Numbered from the stretch's first letter, positions 8,769 to 18,292 are shown. The stretch: 53,003 nt of DNA from a virus (IMGVR_UViG_3300010396_000052:1-53003), one strand, 5' to 3'. The notes: generated from the sequence alone by a model not told the origin. Made by a program: numbers and translations.

Positions 8769-9019
8769 TGAAGTTCCCAATCAAGCTGATTGAGGATCTA
8801 GTAGCTATAACTTACGTACCCCAAGAATCTAAGATCAAGATGCCAGATTGGGCTAAGATCTTAAAGGGGCAAGTAATTGCTAAGGGTCCTAAGGTGAGTG
8901 ATGAAGTTCAGATTGGTGATACCGTTACCTTCGGCGCAGCCAAGGGTATCGAAGCATCTTGTCATGGCTTCTCCGCTCGTATTTTAAGGGAAGATAATCT
9001 AGATGCTGTGTTACTATGA
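8768..9019 (+). CDS. groES: GroES-like co-chaperonin 1
   Basis: IKLIEDLVAI...KGQVIAKGP...VQIGDTVTF...ILREDNLDAVL follows the Cpn10 pattern. Confidence 0.75.
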   Translation: MKFPIKLIEDLVAITYVPQESKIKMPDWAKILKGQVIAKGPKVSDEVQIGDTVTFGAAKGIEASCHGFSARILREDNLDAVLL

Positions 9020-9480
9020 ACTTATCCGCCAAATTAAAGAAGATCTCTCGCAAGGTAAAACCTCTGGGGGATCGGTTGCTGATAAAACGTCTAGAGTATC
9101 AACACCCTGTCCTTGCGGTTGTGGGAATTACACTCCAGAAGGGTATCGTAATAGCGGCTGGACCGGGAAAGCGCCAACGTCGAAAAATCAGATTTGATAA
9201 GGCTATAGGTCACTTATCTAGTGATGGGGCTTTATATTTTGAGGATGGCGAGGAAACAGGCAAAGTATACCCCATGCCTTGCAAAGTTGGGGATATAGTC
9301 GAATTTAGTCCCAGACTCCAAACGGAGTGGGATATTGATGGTGAGAATCTTGTGTGGATTTCGGCTAAGTCGATCTACGGGCTTAGTGATGAAGATACCT
9401 CGAATTCCCTTCTCCACCAAGAATCAGCAGGCCATGATAGGCACGGAAACTTTATGCCCGGTGCTCCGGGAGTAGGATGA
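9016..9480 (+). CDS. groES: GroES-like co-chaperonin 2, with a long roof insertion and terminal extensions
   Basis: VKPLGDRLLIKR...KGIVIAAGPGK...PMPCKVGDIVEF...IDGENLVWI. Confidence 0.8.
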   Translation: MNLSAKLKKISRKVKPLGDRLLIKRLEYQHPVLAVVGITLQKGIVIAAGPGKRQRRKIRFDKAIGHLSSDGALYFEDGEETGKVYPMPCKVGDIVEFSPRLQTEWDIDGENLVWISAKSIYGLSDEDTSNSLLHQESAGHDRHGNFMPGAPGVG

Positions 9481-10523
9481 CAGAAGTCACTGCATTAATA
9501 GATGTCGGTCCTCTAAAAGACGGGAAGCCAGACCTCTATAATCACATGCCTAATAGGCTTGTGCCCCTCGAAGAGGCTAAGAAGAACGAGTGGACGTACT
9601 TTTATGAAGCGCAGCTTTGTCGGTATGGTCATCAAGCTCCTAGATTCGTGTCTAATCCTCGTCTCTGCGTTGACTGTCACCGCGCTAAGCGTGGTAAGCC
9701 TCCTATTACTGCCGGGACTGCTACTGCTATGGCTGAGTACAAAGCTAAGCCGTATACTGAGAGAAAAGGCACAAACGTACCAATAGAGCCAGATAACAAA
9801 GAAAAGCACTTTCTTGGCATCTATGCACGCGAAAAAGACCTCAAAAAGGCCGCAAAACTGGCCGGATTGAGCGAATCTCAGATCCACTCACGACTTTCTT
9901 GGAGTAAAGTCTTCAAAGAGGCTTTTGAGGCTCTAGAAGACCGCTTAGGGATCAAAACTGTCGTCGAGCCCATCGGAAAATACCGCTGGACTAAGGAAAA
10001 ACGTGAAAGATTCATCGAAATTTTCGTTGATACTGGAGATGCAGCTACAGCCCGCGATTCCATCGCCGTCACTCCAAGTGAATACTTCAGGGAAATCGAG
10101 CGTAATGCTGATTTCGAGGCTGCCGTACTTGCTGCCACTCCCCTTGCCGCTAAAGCACTAGAAGAAAAGGCCATTCAGATGGCCTTAGCAGGTAACGATA
10201 AGTTACTTACTAAGGTTTTGTCAGCAAAAATGCCCGAATATCGAGATCGGGTTAATGTTGATATGAATGTGACGGAAAAACTGGATGATAGACAACTCAA
10301 TTCAAGACTCCTTAGGCTCCTTGGGAAGTTCCAAGGAAGCATTGTCGAAGGAGATTTCCAAGTTATCTCGGAAAGAGAAGATGGATCTTCTGGAGACGCT
10401 GGAAGAGTTGGACAAGAGAGAGTCTCAGAACCAAATCAAGAATTACTTCACTCTGGAGGGACCCTTTCGGAGGGATCTGTACCCGAAACAGTTGGAGTTC
10501 TTCCGTCTAGGGAAGAATCATAA
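9477..10523 (+). CDS. terS: Terminase small subunit (long form)
   Basis: Directly upstream of TerL; two HTH-like repeats, then an LEEKAIQMA...DKLL..VL...MPEYRD oligomerisation-type segment. Confidence 0.65.
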   Translation: MTEVTALIDVGPLKDGKPDLYNHMPNRLVPLEEAKKNEWTYFYEAQLCRYGHQAPRFVSNPRLCVDCHRAKRGKPPITAGTATAMAEYKAKPYTERKGTNVPIEPDNKEKHFLGIYAREKDLKKAAKLAGLSESQIHSRLSWSKVFKEAFEALEDRLGIKTVVEPIGKYRWTKEKRERFIEIFVDTGDAATARDSIAVTPSEYFREIERNADFEAAVLAATPLAAKALEEKAIQMALAGNDKLLTKVLSAKMPEYRDRVNVDMNVTEKLDDRQLNSRLLRLLGKFQGSIVEGDFQVISEREDGSSGDAGRVGQERVSEPNQELLHSGGTLSEGSVPETVGVLPSREES

Positions 10524-11064
10524 CGAACGTGCGCTATTGGGCGGCAATAGATCCGGCAAGACTGTCGCCGGAGGTTATGAAATGGCGTGCCACCTTACCG
10601 GTATATACCCGGATTGGTGGGAAGGCAAGAGATTTGACCACCCTATTGATGCGTGGTCTTGCGGCGATATCGCGAAGAACGTCCGGGATATTAACCAGAG
10701 GCGGATGATTGGCCCAGTAGGCTCTCAGGGCACCGGGATGATTCCCGGAGACATGATAGAGCGTTGCACCGTTAAGCATGGTATAGCGGATGCAGTAGAG
10801 TCGTGCTTCGTCAAGCACATTGCTGGCGGAAACTCCATGCTCCAATTTAAGAGCTATGACCAAGGTCGTGAAGCGTTTCAAGGTGTTTCTTGTCATGTCA
10901 TTCATCTTGACGAAGAATGCCCTATGGAGATTTACACAGAGTGTCTTCTCCGTACAATGACAGTTGACGGTATCTTATACCTCACAGCTACTCCACTCCT
11001 TGGGTTAACAGATATTATGCTGGCCTTTTTGCCGCATCTGGCCCCAGCGCCGGAAGTTAATTGA
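10285..11064 (+). CDS. terL: Terminase large subunit, N-terminal ATPase part (start uncertain, 10285-10381)
   Basis: YPKQ adenine-binding motif, Walker A GGNRSGKT, Walker B IHLDEE, coupling motif TATP; P22 gp2-like. Confidence 0.92.
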   Translation: MIDNSIQDSLGSLGSSKEALSKEISKLSRKEKMDLLETLEELDKRESQNQIKNYFTLEGPFRRDLYPKQLEFFRLGKNHNERALLGGNRSGKTVAGGYEMACHLTGIYPDWWEGKRFDHPIDAWSCGDIAKNVRDINQRRMIGPVGSQGTGMIPGDMIERCTVKHGIADAVESCFVKHIAGGNSMLQFKSYDQGREAFQGVSCHVIHLDEECPMEIYTECLLRTMTVDGILYLTATPLLGLTDIMLAFLPHLAPAPEVN

Positions 11065-11792
11065 AGGCCACAGTATTAGTCGGGTGGGACGATGTCCCTC
11101 ACCTGTCTAAGGATAAGAAGGACACCATTCTAGCATCTACTCCGCCTTGGCAGAGGGATGCGCGTACAAAGGGAATCCCGGAACTTGGTAAGGGTGCAGT
11201 TTTCACCATACCGGAATCTGACATTGTCGTTACCGGGTTCGATATCCCCAAACACTGGCCGAGAGCATATGGATTGGATGTTGGCTGGAACCGGACCGCA
11301 GCAGTATGGGGAGCCATCGACCGAGACACAGGCTCTGTGTATATCTACGACGAGTACTACCGGGGTCAGGCGGAACCCAGTGTCCACGCAGCTGCTATTA
11401 AATCCCGCGGTGATTGGATACCGGGAGCTATTGACCCAGCCTCACGAGGGCGTACTCAAACGGATGGTGCGCAGCTTCTCGAACTTTACACGCAGCTTGG
11501 GCTGCACGTTGATATTGCTTACAATGTCCGTGAAGCGGGTATTTACACGGTCTGGGAAATGCTCAGCCAAGGCCGATTGAAGATTTTCAACCACTGCAAG
11601 AATGTAATGGCTGAGTACCGAATCTACCGCAGAGACGAAAAGGGACAAGTCGTCAAAAAGAACGATCACCTTATGGACGCTCTCAGGTACTTCGTAATGA
11701 CAGGAATGGAAATAGCTAAGGTCCAGCCCACAGGTCGTGCGGATGGTAGACCTTGGTGGTATTGGTCCCCGCCAGAAGTGTGGGCCGGGTGA
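11061..11792 (+). CDS. terL: Terminase large subunit, C-terminal lid and RNase H-like nuclease part
   Basis: WDDVPHL, RDARTKGIP, GLDVGW and NDHLMDALRY; TTG start overlaps the upstream TGA. Confidence 0.92.
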   Translation: MKATVLVGWDDVPHLSKDKKDTILASTPPWQRDARTKGIPELGKGAVFTIPESDIVVTGFDIPKHWPRAYGLDVGWNRTAAVWGAIDRDTGSVYIYDEYYRGQAEPSVHAAAIKSRGDWIPGAIDPASRGRTQTDGAQLLELYTQLGLHVDIAYNVREAGIYTVWEMLSQGRLKIFNHCKNVMAEYRIYRRDEKGQVVKKNDHLMDALRYFVMTGMEIAKVQPTGRADGRPWWYWSPPEVWAG

Positions 11793-11804
11793 GAAAGAGA
11801 AATT

Positions 11805-12011
11805 ATGGCAACTAGCGTAGTTATTAAAAATTCAAACGTCCGAAACTATCTAAAGATTGTGTCACAGGTCCCGGATACCAACAAGGTTGGTGTTAAGGTG
11901 GCTGGCAAGTGGAAGGATTCGGGCGCGGATAAGTTTGTTCCTCCGGGAGAGGTAGCTGAGATCTGGGTAGCAGCAGAACAGCGCTTTCTCATCGAGGAAA
12001 TGCCGACGTAA
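11805..12011 (+). CDS. Hypothetical protein
   Basis: Small ORF between TerL and portal; TAATG coupling to the portal gene. Confidence 0.65.
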   Translation: MATSVVIKNSNVRNYLKIVSQVPDTNKVGVKVAGKWKDSGADKFVPPGEVAEIWVAAEQRFLIEEMPT

Positions 12012-14320
12012 TGGATCGAACTCCGCCGAATCTATCTCCTCCAGACAATGAGACCTTAATCCAGCCGGATAAGGAGAATCTCATTGATCCAGAGGAGCTA
12101 CTCTCTCGTGTACGAGCAAGATACGATGATGGAGTAGGGGCGTTTGAGGAAAATCGGAGAATGCACTCCGAAGACCTCAATTTCGTCTATAATTCGGAGG
12201 CGATGGGTCAATGGGACCCAGTTGTTCTAGAAGCTCGTAGAGGCAAGCCCTGCTATACATTCAATAGGGTACTTGGACCTGTTAACTTAGTAGTTGCAGA
12301 TATGCGGCAGACCAGACCTGATATCAAGGTCCGGCCGGCATCCAAAGCAGCTAGCGAAGCAGTAGCGGATATCTTTGAAGGATTGATCCGGAGTATCGAC
12401 CAAGCCTCTAGAGCATCAGTTATTTATAAGAACCAGTTCAAGTTCGCTGTAGCTGGTGGATTTGGAGCTTGGCGAATCCTGCCGGAATATGCAGGAGAAG
12501 ATACCTTCGATCAGGTGCTTAGGATCAGGGATATCCCCAATCCTCAGACTGTGATTTGGGATCCAGAGTGCAGCGATGCCTGCGCCGGTGATGCGATGTG
12601 GTGCATCATTGGGGATCGTATCTCCAAAGAGAAGTACCGGACCTTATACCCGGATGCAGATTCAGAAAGCGCATTCCAGATCTCCCGCGACTCCTATGGT
12701 TGGTTTACCGACAAGGAAGTTCGCGTAGTCGAGTACATGGAACGTGTGCCGTTCAAGAAGATGATTGCGCTCTTGGACGATGGTCGAGTCGTAGATTACG
12801 ATTCTAAGACTAAGGCAGCAGCTGAACATATGGCTGATGCCCCCAATTCTCCCAAGATTATCAGCACTCGTGAAGTCCTTAAGTGGAGAGTAATGTGGTG
12901 TAAAGTGGATGGCGGACAACTATTAGAAGGCCCCATTTACTACGATTGGAAGCGTATTCCAGTTGTCCGAGTTCCCGGCCGATATATCAATATTGAAGGC
13001 CGTAAGAAGCTTCAATCCTTGGTGCGTCACACCAAAGATGCCCAGAGAGACTACAACACGATGCGGTCAGCAATGATCGAACGTGCTGCGATGATACCGA
13101 AAGCGCCCTACCTAGTTACAGAAACTATGGTTAAGGGCTATGAGTCCGAATGGGCTCAATCGAACACTTCTCCTCGTCCGTACCTGCCGTTTAATGTAGA
13201 TCCCAAGGCCAGTGAAATGGGCCGCGGGGGTCCAGAACGTGTCCCGCCTATTGACGTTCCTCAAGGCTCTATTGCCTTGGTTGAGCAGTCGGCGCAGGAC
13301 ATTCAGGCTACTATTGGATACTTCGATCCCGCAATGGGCAACGCGGAGGATATGAACCGCGTCTCGGGTAAGGCTCTCGTTCAACATACACGTCGTTCTG
13401 ACCTAAGCTCCTTCGAGTTCATCGACGGCTTAGGGGATGCCTTACAGCTTACCGGGGAAATGGAACTTGATATGATTCCCACCATTTATGTGGGAGAGCG
13501 TATTGAGCGCATTGTCAGCGGGGATGATATTGAGAAACTAATCACCATCAACCAGCAACAGGATGATGGCCAGATTGTTAATGATTTAAAAGCTGGTGCT
13601 TACGATTGTTCGGTTAATATCGGACCTAGCTACCAGACGGCACGTCAGGAAACCCTCCAGACCCTCATTGATGCGGCTGGAACTATACCGATGATTGCCC
13701 AAGTGGCTCCGGATCTCATTGCCAAGAATATTGATTCCCCGGATGCAGATGAACTGTCTCGTAGACTTCGTATCCCTCTAATCCATAATGGGATCATTAA
13801 GCCTACTGAGGAAGAGGCCAAGAATATGCCTCCTCCGCCTCCGCCTGATCCCCTCCAGCAGGCTGAGACAGAGCGTATGCAGGCTCTAGCCAAGCGTGAT
13901 GGCGCTAATGCTATTCTTGCTCAGAATGAGGTTCAGAACCTCCCACTTAAGAATAACAAGTTACTGTATGAGACCGCAGGGAAGCACTTAGATAACCTAA
14001 AGACTGGGGCTGATATGGGCAACTCTCAGGCTGCTGCACAAGCGGAAGCCCAGCAGGCCCAGCAGGAAGCCCAACAGAGTGCCCAGCAGCATCAACAGGA
14101 TATGGCTCAACAGCAGTCCGAAGGTGCTCAAGGTCTAGCTCAACAGACTGTCCAAGGCGCGATGGATCTCCATCAAGCCAATCAGCAACACAATGCTGAA
14201 ATGACTCGTACTGAACAGAAACACAAACAAGCAATGCAGCATGCCGAAGAGAAGCATGCTCAAGCTCTCAAACATGCCAAAGCCTTAGCTGCGGCAAAGC
14301 CTAAATCCACTTCTAAATAA
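12011..14320 (+). CDS. Portal protein, P22 gp1-like
   Basis: GQW, RPDIKVRP, GGFGAWR, LVRHTKDAQRDYN, SGKAL and YDCSVNIGPSYQTARQE motifs; Gln-rich C-terminal coiled coil. Confidence 0.93.
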   Translation: MDRTPPNLSPPDNETLIQPDKENLIDPEELLSRVRARYDDGVGAFEENRRMHSEDLNFVYNSEAMGQWDPVVLEARRGKPCYTFNRVLGPVNLVVADMRQTRPDIKVRPASKAASEAVADIFEGLIRSIDQASRASVIYKNQFKFAVAGGFGAWRILPEYAGEDTFDQVLRIRDIPNPQTVIWDPECSDACAGDAMWCIIGDRISKEKYRTLYPDADSESAFQISRDSYGWFTDKEVRVVEYMERVPFKKMIALLDDGRVVDYDSKTKAAAEHMADAPNSPKIISTREVLKWRVMWCKVDGGQLLEGPIYYDWKRIPVVRVPGRYINIEGRKKLQSLVRHTKDAQRDYNTMRSAMIERAAMIPKAPYLVTETMVKGYESEWAQSNTSPRPYLPFNVDPKASEMGRGGPERVPPIDVPQGSIALVEQSAQDIQATIGYFDPAMGNAEDMNRVSGKALVQHTRRSDLSSFEFIDGLGDALQLTGEMELDMIPTIYVGERIERIVSGDDIEKLITINQQQDDGQIVNDLKAGAYDCSVNIGPSYQTARQETLQTLIDAAGTIPMIAQVAPDLIAKNIDSPDADELSRRLRIPLIHNGIIKPTEEEAKNMPPPPPPDPLQQAETERMQALAKRDGANAILAQNEVQNLPLKNNKLLYETAGKHLDNLKTGADMGNSQAAAQAEAQQAQQEAQQSAQQHQQDMAQQQSEGAQGLAQQTVQGAMDLHQANQQHNAEMTRTEQKHKQAMQHAEEKHAQALKHAKALAAAKPKSTSK

Positions 14321-14362
14321 CCGTCCTCGTCAAGACGTTAACTCGACGTATTGGAGAAAGTA

Positions 14363-15373
14363 ATGGCTTTTACTCGTGAAGATCTGGCTGCCTATGAAGC
14401 GCAGCCTGTCGCTACCCCGGAGGCGTCAAGTCCGGAAACTGAAGCTGAGCCAGTTGTTGAAACTCAGCCTGAGGCCGAGGCATCGTCCACCACGGAAACT
14501 CAGACGGCGCAGACCGAACCTGCAAGTGACGGTTCTCAGGTCGAACAGGTAGAAGCGACCACTACCCCCGCTGAACTTGACAGCGAAACGCAACCCACTG
14601 AGGAAACTAATGACGGTTCTCCTCGCAAGGGCTCTGCTCAAGAACGCATTGAAGAGCTTGTTACTGAGCGCAATGCACTTAGGAAGTATGGAGAGTATCT
14701 CCTAGACCAGCTTAAGGTAAAGCCAGCACCGGCGGTTGAAGCCCCGGCTAAGGCTCCAGAGGAAGCGAAGTCTACTCCCCCGACCTTGGAGGAGCATAAC
14801 TACGATCCCGTTGCCTTTAATAAGGCTTTGGTTGAGTGGAATGATAAGGAGATTGATCGTCGAGTTGCAGCCAAAGTTCAGGAAGTTGAGGCTAAGCGCT
14901 CAGATCAGAATGTGCGTGAGGCTTTTGAATCTCGTACCAATGAGTTTCGTAAGCAGCATTCAGACTTTGATTTGATAGTGTCTAATCCTTCTCTCCCAGT
15001 TCTTGGGCAAGATGCAGCGATGGCGATTGTGAAATCTGAGAATGGCCCGGCCATCCTTTACCATCTAGCCAAAAATCCGGACCTTGCTGTGAGAATATCA
15101 CGCATGGACCCGGATATGAAGAAGATGGCACTAGGACGGGTTGAAGCTCAGATTACCGCCCCAGCACCTAAGCCTGTTGCTGTTAAGACACAAGAGACCA
15201 ATGTGAAAAGAACCGTTGCACAGGTACCTCCGCCGCCCCCGAAGCCAGTTTCGTCCACTGCTGCGCCCGTTAAGACCGGGCCTATGAATATGGATGAATT
15301 TGTGGCTCAGGAGCGAGCGAAGAAACTCGCAGAAAAAGAGGCGCGACAACGCCTCAGGAAATCTCTGCGCTAG
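14363..15373 (+). CDS. Scaffolding protein
   Basis: Between portal and coat; acidic disordered N-terminus, coiled coil, SENGPAILYHLAKNP motif, basic C-terminus. Confidence 0.85.
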   Translation: MAFTREDLAAYEAQPVATPEASSPETEAEPVVETQPEAEASSTTETQTAQTEPASDGSQVEQVEATTTPAELDSETQPTEETNDGSPRKGSAQERIEELVTERNALRKYGEYLLDQLKVKPAPAVEAPAKAPEEAKSTPPTLEEHNYDPVAFNKALVEWNDKEIDRRVAAKVQEVEAKRSDQNVREAFESRTNEFRKQHSDFDLIVSNPSLPVLGQDAAMAIVKSENGPAILYHLAKNPDLAVRISRMDPDMKKMALGRVEAQITAPAPKPVAVKTQETNVKRTVAQVPPPPPKPVSSTAAPVKTGPMNMDEFVAQERAKKLAEKEARQRLRKSLR

Positions 15374-15398
15374 CAGTTAGAAAAGGTTAATAAGCCAA

Positions 15399-16661
15399 AT
15401 GGCTAATTCTCTCTTAACGGCACAGTGGGTCGCCCGCAAGGCACTCATCCTGTTGCACGCTAAGTCTAATATGACGGGTCGCACGAACCGCGACTACCAG
15501 TCGCTACTCCCCGGTCCAATTCAGGGTGTTGCACTAGGTCAGGTTCTTAGCATCCGGCTGCCGTTCCAGTACGTGGGACGTAAGGGTAACTTGATGAACG
15601 CTGAAAACAGCGTCCAGCGCTTTACTCAGTTGAACGTAAGTAATCAGCGTGGTGTTGATATCAACTTCACCAGCGTTGAGCGTGCAATGCAGTTGAATAA
15701 CTTCGAGGAGCAGGTGCTTGAGCCAGCAATGGCCAAGGTCGCTGCTCTGCTTGAGATCGACGTGGCCTCTCTGGTCAATCAGGTCCCGAAATTTGTTGGC
15801 ACGACCAGCACTTCAGTCTCTTTCAGCACGGTCCTCCAGTCCGAGCGGTTCTTGACGGAAGCTCTGGCCCCCGAAGACGACAAGCGTACGCTTACGGCAA
15901 ATCCGCAGGCTTCGTACGAGTTCGTCCTCGACAACAAGGCGCTGTTCAATCCTACGACCGAGATCTCCGATCAGTGGTTGGAGGGTGTCATTGCGGATAA
16001 GGTGGCGGGATACGTCGTCTTCCGTAATACGAAGCTGCCGGCTCATACCATTGGTGTCGTGACGGGTTCTACCCCGACCGTATCCGGTGCTGGGCAGGGC
16101 AATAGCGGCTTCGGCAACGCTTTCATCAGTTCAACGAGCCTCGTGACCAGCGGCTGGGCTTCTGGTGCTACTACCCTTCAGGCTGGAGACGTAATCACGA
16201 TCTCCAACGTGAATGATGTGGACCCGGAATCTAAGGTATCGCTTGGTCGTCTGAAGCAGTTCGTCGTGAATAGCACGGTCTCTGACACTGCCGGTGGAAT
16301 CACCGTCTCTATCAGTCCGGGCATTATGTACGGCGGATCGTATCAGAATGTGGACTCCCAGCCTGCGGCTGCTGCAACTATCACCGTGATGGGTGACGTG
16401 CCGGCCAACGTCTCGGGTGTGACGGTTAAGCAGTCTCTGGCTTGGTATCGCGACGCAATCGTGTTTGCCAATCCTCCGATGCTCGACCTGTCGCAGGTTG
16501 TCAAGTTTACCGCTCAGGAGAGCTTCGAGGGCTACAACCTTCGCTTTGCTCAACAGTGGGATGTGAACAGTGACCTGCTCCCGGCTCGCCTAGACACCAT
16601 TTCCGGTGAAACTCTTTCGTACCCCGAACTCGCGGTCCGAATGATTCATAAGCCGGCTTAA
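15399..16661 (+). CDS. Major capsid protein, P22 gp5-like
   Basis: MANSLLT, NRDY, IRLP, LEPAM, AGDVITI and RLD...G...YPELAVR motifs. Confidence 0.92.
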   Translation: MANSLLTAQWVARKALILLHAKSNMTGRTNRDYQSLLPGPIQGVALGQVLSIRLPFQYVGRKGNLMNAENSVQRFTQLNVSNQRGVDINFTSVERAMQLNNFEEQVLEPAMAKVAALLEIDVASLVNQVPKFVGTTSTSVSFSTVLQSERFLTEALAPEDDKRTLTANPQASYEFVLDNKALFNPTTEISDQWLEGVIADKVAGYVVFRNTKLPAHTIGVVTGSTPTVSGAGQGNSGFGNAFISSTSLVTSGWASGATTLQAGDVITISNVNDVDPESKVSLGRLKQFVVNSTVSDTAGGITVSISPGIMYGGSYQNVDSQPAAAATITVMGDVPANVSGVTVKQSLAWYRDAIVFANPPMLDLSQVVKFTAQESFEGYNLRFAQQWDVNSDLLPARLDTISGETLSYPELAVRMIHKPA

Positions 16662-16677
16662 TAGGAGGTAACTAACT

Positions 16678-16926
16678 ATGGCTGTTAATCAGCTTGGTGA
16701 CGGAGGCACGGACGGCGTTCTAGTTGGCGACGTTGGAACCCAGATTGGGTTTTACGGTATCGGACCTGTTTTGCAGCAGTCTGGTACTGGTAATACCTCG
16801 ACGGGTGCCGCGGGTGCGACTAGCACGGTGTTCCTCAATACTACCTTTACGGGTGGTAGTGCGGGCACAGCCTACACGATTGGCGATATCGTCAAAGCGT
16901 TGAAGGCTTACGGTCTACTCAAGTAA
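16678..16926 (+). CDS. Small capsid-associated (cement/decoration-like) protein
   Basis: Follows the coat gene with a strong GGAGG RBS; IGFYG...IVKALKAYGLL pattern. Confidence 0.6.
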   Translation: MAVNQLGDGGTDGVLVGDVGTQIGFYGIGPVLQQSGTGNTSTGAAGATSTVFLNTTFTGGSAGTAYTIGDIVKALKAYGLLK

Positions 16927-16995
16927 ACCAAAAAACTCTTTTGGGGTGGAGTCTAAACACCCCTCCTAATTCTAATAAAGATAGGTGAGACTATA

Positions 16996-17682
16996 ATGGA
17001 GCTTGACGACTTCAAGCACGTGATGGTGGCAACGCCGTCGTATTCAGGGGATGTGTGCATGGACTTTACTTGGTCCTTGCTCCAATCCCAAATGTTGTGC
17101 CTAGGACATAAGATCCTACTGGACCTCGAATGGGTCCAAAACCTCTCAATCGTAGAGGCTGCTAGGAACTATCTCCTATACGTCTTTCTTAAGAAGACTA
17201 AGTATACCCATATCATGTTTATTGATGGGGACTTGGGTTGGCAACCGGACGCCATTCACCGAATGGTCGAGCGCCAAAAATACGTAATTGGCGGAGTCTA
17301 TCCTCGTAAGAATGATAAAGCGGAGTATCCGTATGTTCCACTGCAGGATCACACGGACGTGGCTTTAAGGCTTCCTACCGGCTTTATGCTGTGCGCTCGT
17401 ACCGCTATTGAAGCAGTCTGCGAAGACGCTCCGCGCTTCAAGATGCCATACGATGGTGAGATACACGAAGTCCCAAGAATCTTCGAGTTCAAAATTGATG
17501 GGGAACGGAACTTAGTATCTGAGGATTACGTATTCTCAGACAAGCTCCGGGATGAGGGATTTAGGTTATTCGTTGAGCCTAATATTAACTTTGTACACTC
17601 CGGCCGTAATGGTTGGAGAGGCAATCTAGATAAGCAAACCATACCAGCAGTGTGGGAAGCTATTCGGAGGCCAAATGTATAA
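16996..17682 (+). CDS. GT-A fold glycosyltransferase 1
   Basis: VATPSY, ARN, THIMFIDGD (DxD), SEDYVF and terminal HSG motifs. Confidence 0.85.
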   Translation: MELDDFKHVMVATPSYSGDVCMDFTWSLLQSQMLCLGHKILLDLEWVQNLSIVEAARNYLLYVFLKKTKYTHIMFIDGDLGWQPDAIHRMVERQKYVIGGVYPRKNDKAEYPYVPLQDHTDVALRLPTGFMLCARTAIEAVCEDAPRFKMPYDGEIHEVPRIFEFKIDGERNLVSEDYVFSDKLRDEGFRLFVEPNINFVHSGRNGWRGNLDKQTIPAVWEAIRRPNV

Positions 17683-18187
17683 AGAATTACTCTTGGGGTG
17701 CGGCAACTCTCGTGAGAAGCGCATTGGACGATCCGGGGCAGTGTCTTGGGTTAATCTTACTACTCTGGACGTGGATCCTGATACTAAGCCCAATGTACTC
17801 CATGACCTGAATGTACATCCTCTCCCTTTTGCTGACAACAGCTTCGATGAGCTACATGCTTATGAAGTTCTTGAACACATTGGCAAGCAAGGGGATTGGC
17901 GGGCGTTTTTTGAAGAATTTACCGACTATTGGCGTATCCTTAAGCCCAACGGAATACTTTGCGCAACTTGTCCTTCTCGGAATAGTGTGTGGGCTTGGGG
18001 TGATCCCGGCCATGTACGAATTATTCAGCCTGAAACACTTATCTTCCTTTCCCAAAAAGCCTACGAACTTGGAATAGGCAAGACTCCGATTACCGATTAC
18101 CGACATATTTATAAAGCCGACTTTGAGCCTCTTCAAGGGCACGATGATGGCGAAAACTTTAGATTCATACTCAAGGCAGTTAAATAG
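17675..18187 (+). CDS. Class I SAM-dependent methyltransferase
   Basis: LLLGCG motif I, LPFADNSFD, VLEHI, WRILKPNG, DPGH. Confidence 0.88.
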   Translation: MYKELLLGCGNSREKRIGRSGAVSWVNLTTLDVDPDTKPNVLHDLNVHPLPFADNSFDELHAYEVLEHIGKQGDWRAFFEEFTDYWRILKPNGILCATCPSRNSVWAWGDPGHVRIIQPETLIFLSQKAYELGIGKTPITDYRHIYKADFEPLQGHDDGENFRFILKAVK

Positions 18188-18214
18188 GCTATGCCAGAAC
18201 CATTCCCTACCATT

Positions 18215-18292
18215 CTGGGCGTAGCTCAGTCTGATTAGAGCGCCCGGCCCGGAACCGGGAGGCCGTGGGTTTGAATCCTACCGTCCAGACCA
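18215..18292 (+). tRNA. tRNA-Pro(CGG), non-canonical
   Basis: Full cloverleaf, C1-G72, A73, encoded CCA, anticodon loop CCCGGAA; carries C33, A37 and A19/U56. Confidence 0.9.

Noticed and set aside
11030-11070. Intron, intein or classic -1 slippery site in terL
   Set aside because: No intervening sequence and no X-XXY-YYZ heptamer at the junction.
14030-14290. CAG/CAA-rich quasi-repeats at the portal 3' end
   Set aside because: They encode the Gln/Ala coiled-coil barrel expected in P22-like portals.
16943-16995. Second loop-RBS pseudoknot in front of glycosyltransferase 1 (loop AGTCT with AGACT)
   Set aside because: Only 5 bp, easily chance; the hairpin may simply be a weak terminator or stabiliser after the capsid genes.
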